Assembly (NCBI GenBank): GCA_035084275.1
Contig: CM068749.1
Location: 15,748,001-15,812,000, forward strand
Direction: 5' to 3'
DNA from: Hydrolagus colliei
Taxonomy: Eukaryota
Length of the DNA stretch: 64,000 bases
Shown here: positions 62,431 to 64,000 of the stretch, piece after piece
Numbering within the stretch: the stretch's first letter is position 1
Layout: each line of letters opens with the position of its first letter
Notes under the pieces: generated by a model
Told to the model about the DNA's origin: nothing
The model's input: only the letters and a program-made list of their open reading frames with translations
The model's database searches: none
Translations under genes and position numbers: made by a program

Positions 62431-63084
62431 CATGCGGTGTCAAACATTCATACTACTATTTCAAATACTGAACTGTACCATCAAATATATTCCACTTATA
62501 GATGTCCACGAATGATAATTACAAAGCATTTAAAGATGTGCACCGTAATATAGAACTCAGCTTAATTTTTAATATACTACAAATTCGGAAGTATGATAAT
62601 TGTGTTTTACTTTAAATTTTGTGCTGGAATGCTAGTATTGTGTCTTTAGGAGATTAATGAGCCATGACAAACTCATTATTAAGCTTCCCCTTTCCATTTC
62701 AGTGTGCAATGCAGAGTCTAAAATAATTTTAATTTATTTCTGGAATAAATAAAAATTTGGTGTGGAAACTTATTAGAATTGCAAAATACCGAATTTGTGC
62801 TGACTGTAGTTTTTCTCATTCATTTGTAACATAGTTAGAATATAGAATAAAGCTGAAAATCTTGCAAAATAATAATGCTGTCCTGGTAATTGGTGCAGGA
62901 ATATTGCCTATTGTCACATCACAATGTGGTAGTAATCTACATGTGGCTTTACTGATGAGCTGACCCAAAACCCTACTTGGAATGGAGTACAGTTGTACAA
63001 CAGCTCAGGCATTGTATTTGCTGGGAAAATACATTGCAAAGAGAGAAACATCAAGTAAATGAGAGACGCAGAAAATAAATTCAA

Positions 63085-63185
63085 GCAAAAGACAAAAGAA
63101 GAAAAGAGAAAGGAATAAGTAGAAATATAACAATAAAAAGAAAGAAGAAAGAGCAGAAGTATTGAAAGAAAAAGCAGATGAAAGA
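63085..63185. repeat. Purine-rich (A/G) low-complexity tract
   Basis: AAAAGACAAAAGAAGAAAAGAGAAAGG...AAAGAAGAAAGAG. Explains the F/L/S-rich minus-strand ORFs. Confidence 0.85.
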
Positions 63186-63922
63186 ATTTACCGAAAGATG
63201 TAATAGCAAAAAACATGAATTAAAGAATTTATTTGCCATCATAAAGGGAAAAGAAAGATAGATGTACAAGACCTGCAGAAATAAACGTCATGGTGAATTT
63301 ATTACGATAACACCCTTTTGATTAATTCTTTCCAATAGACATGTAGTCATGTCATCTTGGAAGTGCCTCCGACATACAGTACTGTATATACATTTTATTA
63401 TCAATTTCTTTTCAAGCTATCTTAAGCATGAGCATTCATTGCTCCCTCTGAATGAGCAGCGTAATTAAAATCTCTTCAACTGATATATTATCCAGTGAGG
63501 TTTATTGAAAAGTAGTTCATATTAAACGTTTCTCTCAGGAGGACGCATCATCTCGGAGTGAAACCCTGTTATTGTCACTCTTACAGCTGACAGATTGAAT
63601 GCAACAACAGGAACCCACTCATTATACAGTTAGTCACGGTGAATAGATGAATCATTGGCGATCCAATAATTTGACATATATGTTGCACAGATTCTTGGGC
63701 AGTGTGGACTTTAATTTATACCCTGAAGCAACCCCATTGGGCTATTTCTAATTTGGGAATTTTATGTTCTATTTGGAGTGCAGTGGAGCAAAATGGAATT
63801 GTGTTTATATTGCACCTCACCTCGAGCATTATTCTGCTCATCCCCTCTTTTACAATTTATTCAAAGCTCCCCGAAATCAATCAGGCTTCATGGTCATTCA
63901 TATAAAGCTATTCATTCTGAAG

Positions 63923-64000
63923 CTAATCAAATAATAATCCCTCCAAAAAAAACACAATAATTAAATGGGTCATTTAAATCTGTTTGTGGGAGACTGCCGT
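63923..64000 (+). mobile_element. Main-family SINE fragment running off the window end
   Basis: TAATAATCCCTCCAAAAAAAACACAATAATTAAATGGGTCATTT...CTGTTTGTGGGAGACTGC, as in 34075-34150. Confidence 0.85.

Noticed and set aside
62914-63269. Hydrophobic membrane-protein-like ORFs
   Set aside because: Artefact of the purine-rich low-complexity tract read on the minus strand.
1-64000. CRISPR array, operon or other prokaryotic/phage system
   Set aside because: No regularly spaced repeats and no gene-dense coding. The repeats are dispersed vertebrate retroposons and MITEs.

Overview
AT-rich eukaryotic genomic DNA, almost certainly from a vertebrate. I recognise no intact protein-coding gene, no rRNA or true tRNA gene and no CRISPR array. 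The repeat content is many copies of a ~300 bp tRNA-Ala-headed, Deu-domain SINE, older DeuSINE fossils, L2 and CR1 LINE 3' fragments, PIF/Harbinger fossils and MITEs. From my recollection of these families, this points to a cartilaginous fish, plausibly a chimaera such as Callorhinchus (inference, not a database result). The window reads as a large intron or gene desert: a transposon fossil record with repeat-free, homeobox/POU-motif-rich blocks that may be conserved enhancers. Most ORFs in the track are chance ORFs. The ones with recognisable homology are L2 ORF2 (28.7-29.6 kb), CR1 ORF2 (49.8-50.6 kb) and a Harbinger transposase remnant (59.6-59.9 kb). I found no convincing new biological system. 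The best leads are: a three-copy TA-flanked Tigger/pogo-like MITE family; a modular SINE set sharing a 3' stem-loop with the resident L2; a cryptic Myb/SANT-like gene fossil; a Meta-domain SINE relic; an unexplained 129-codon ORF with a splice acceptor; and candidate recursive-splice sites and micro-exons. Family assignments are from memory of consensus motifs, and the boundaries of old fragments are approximate.
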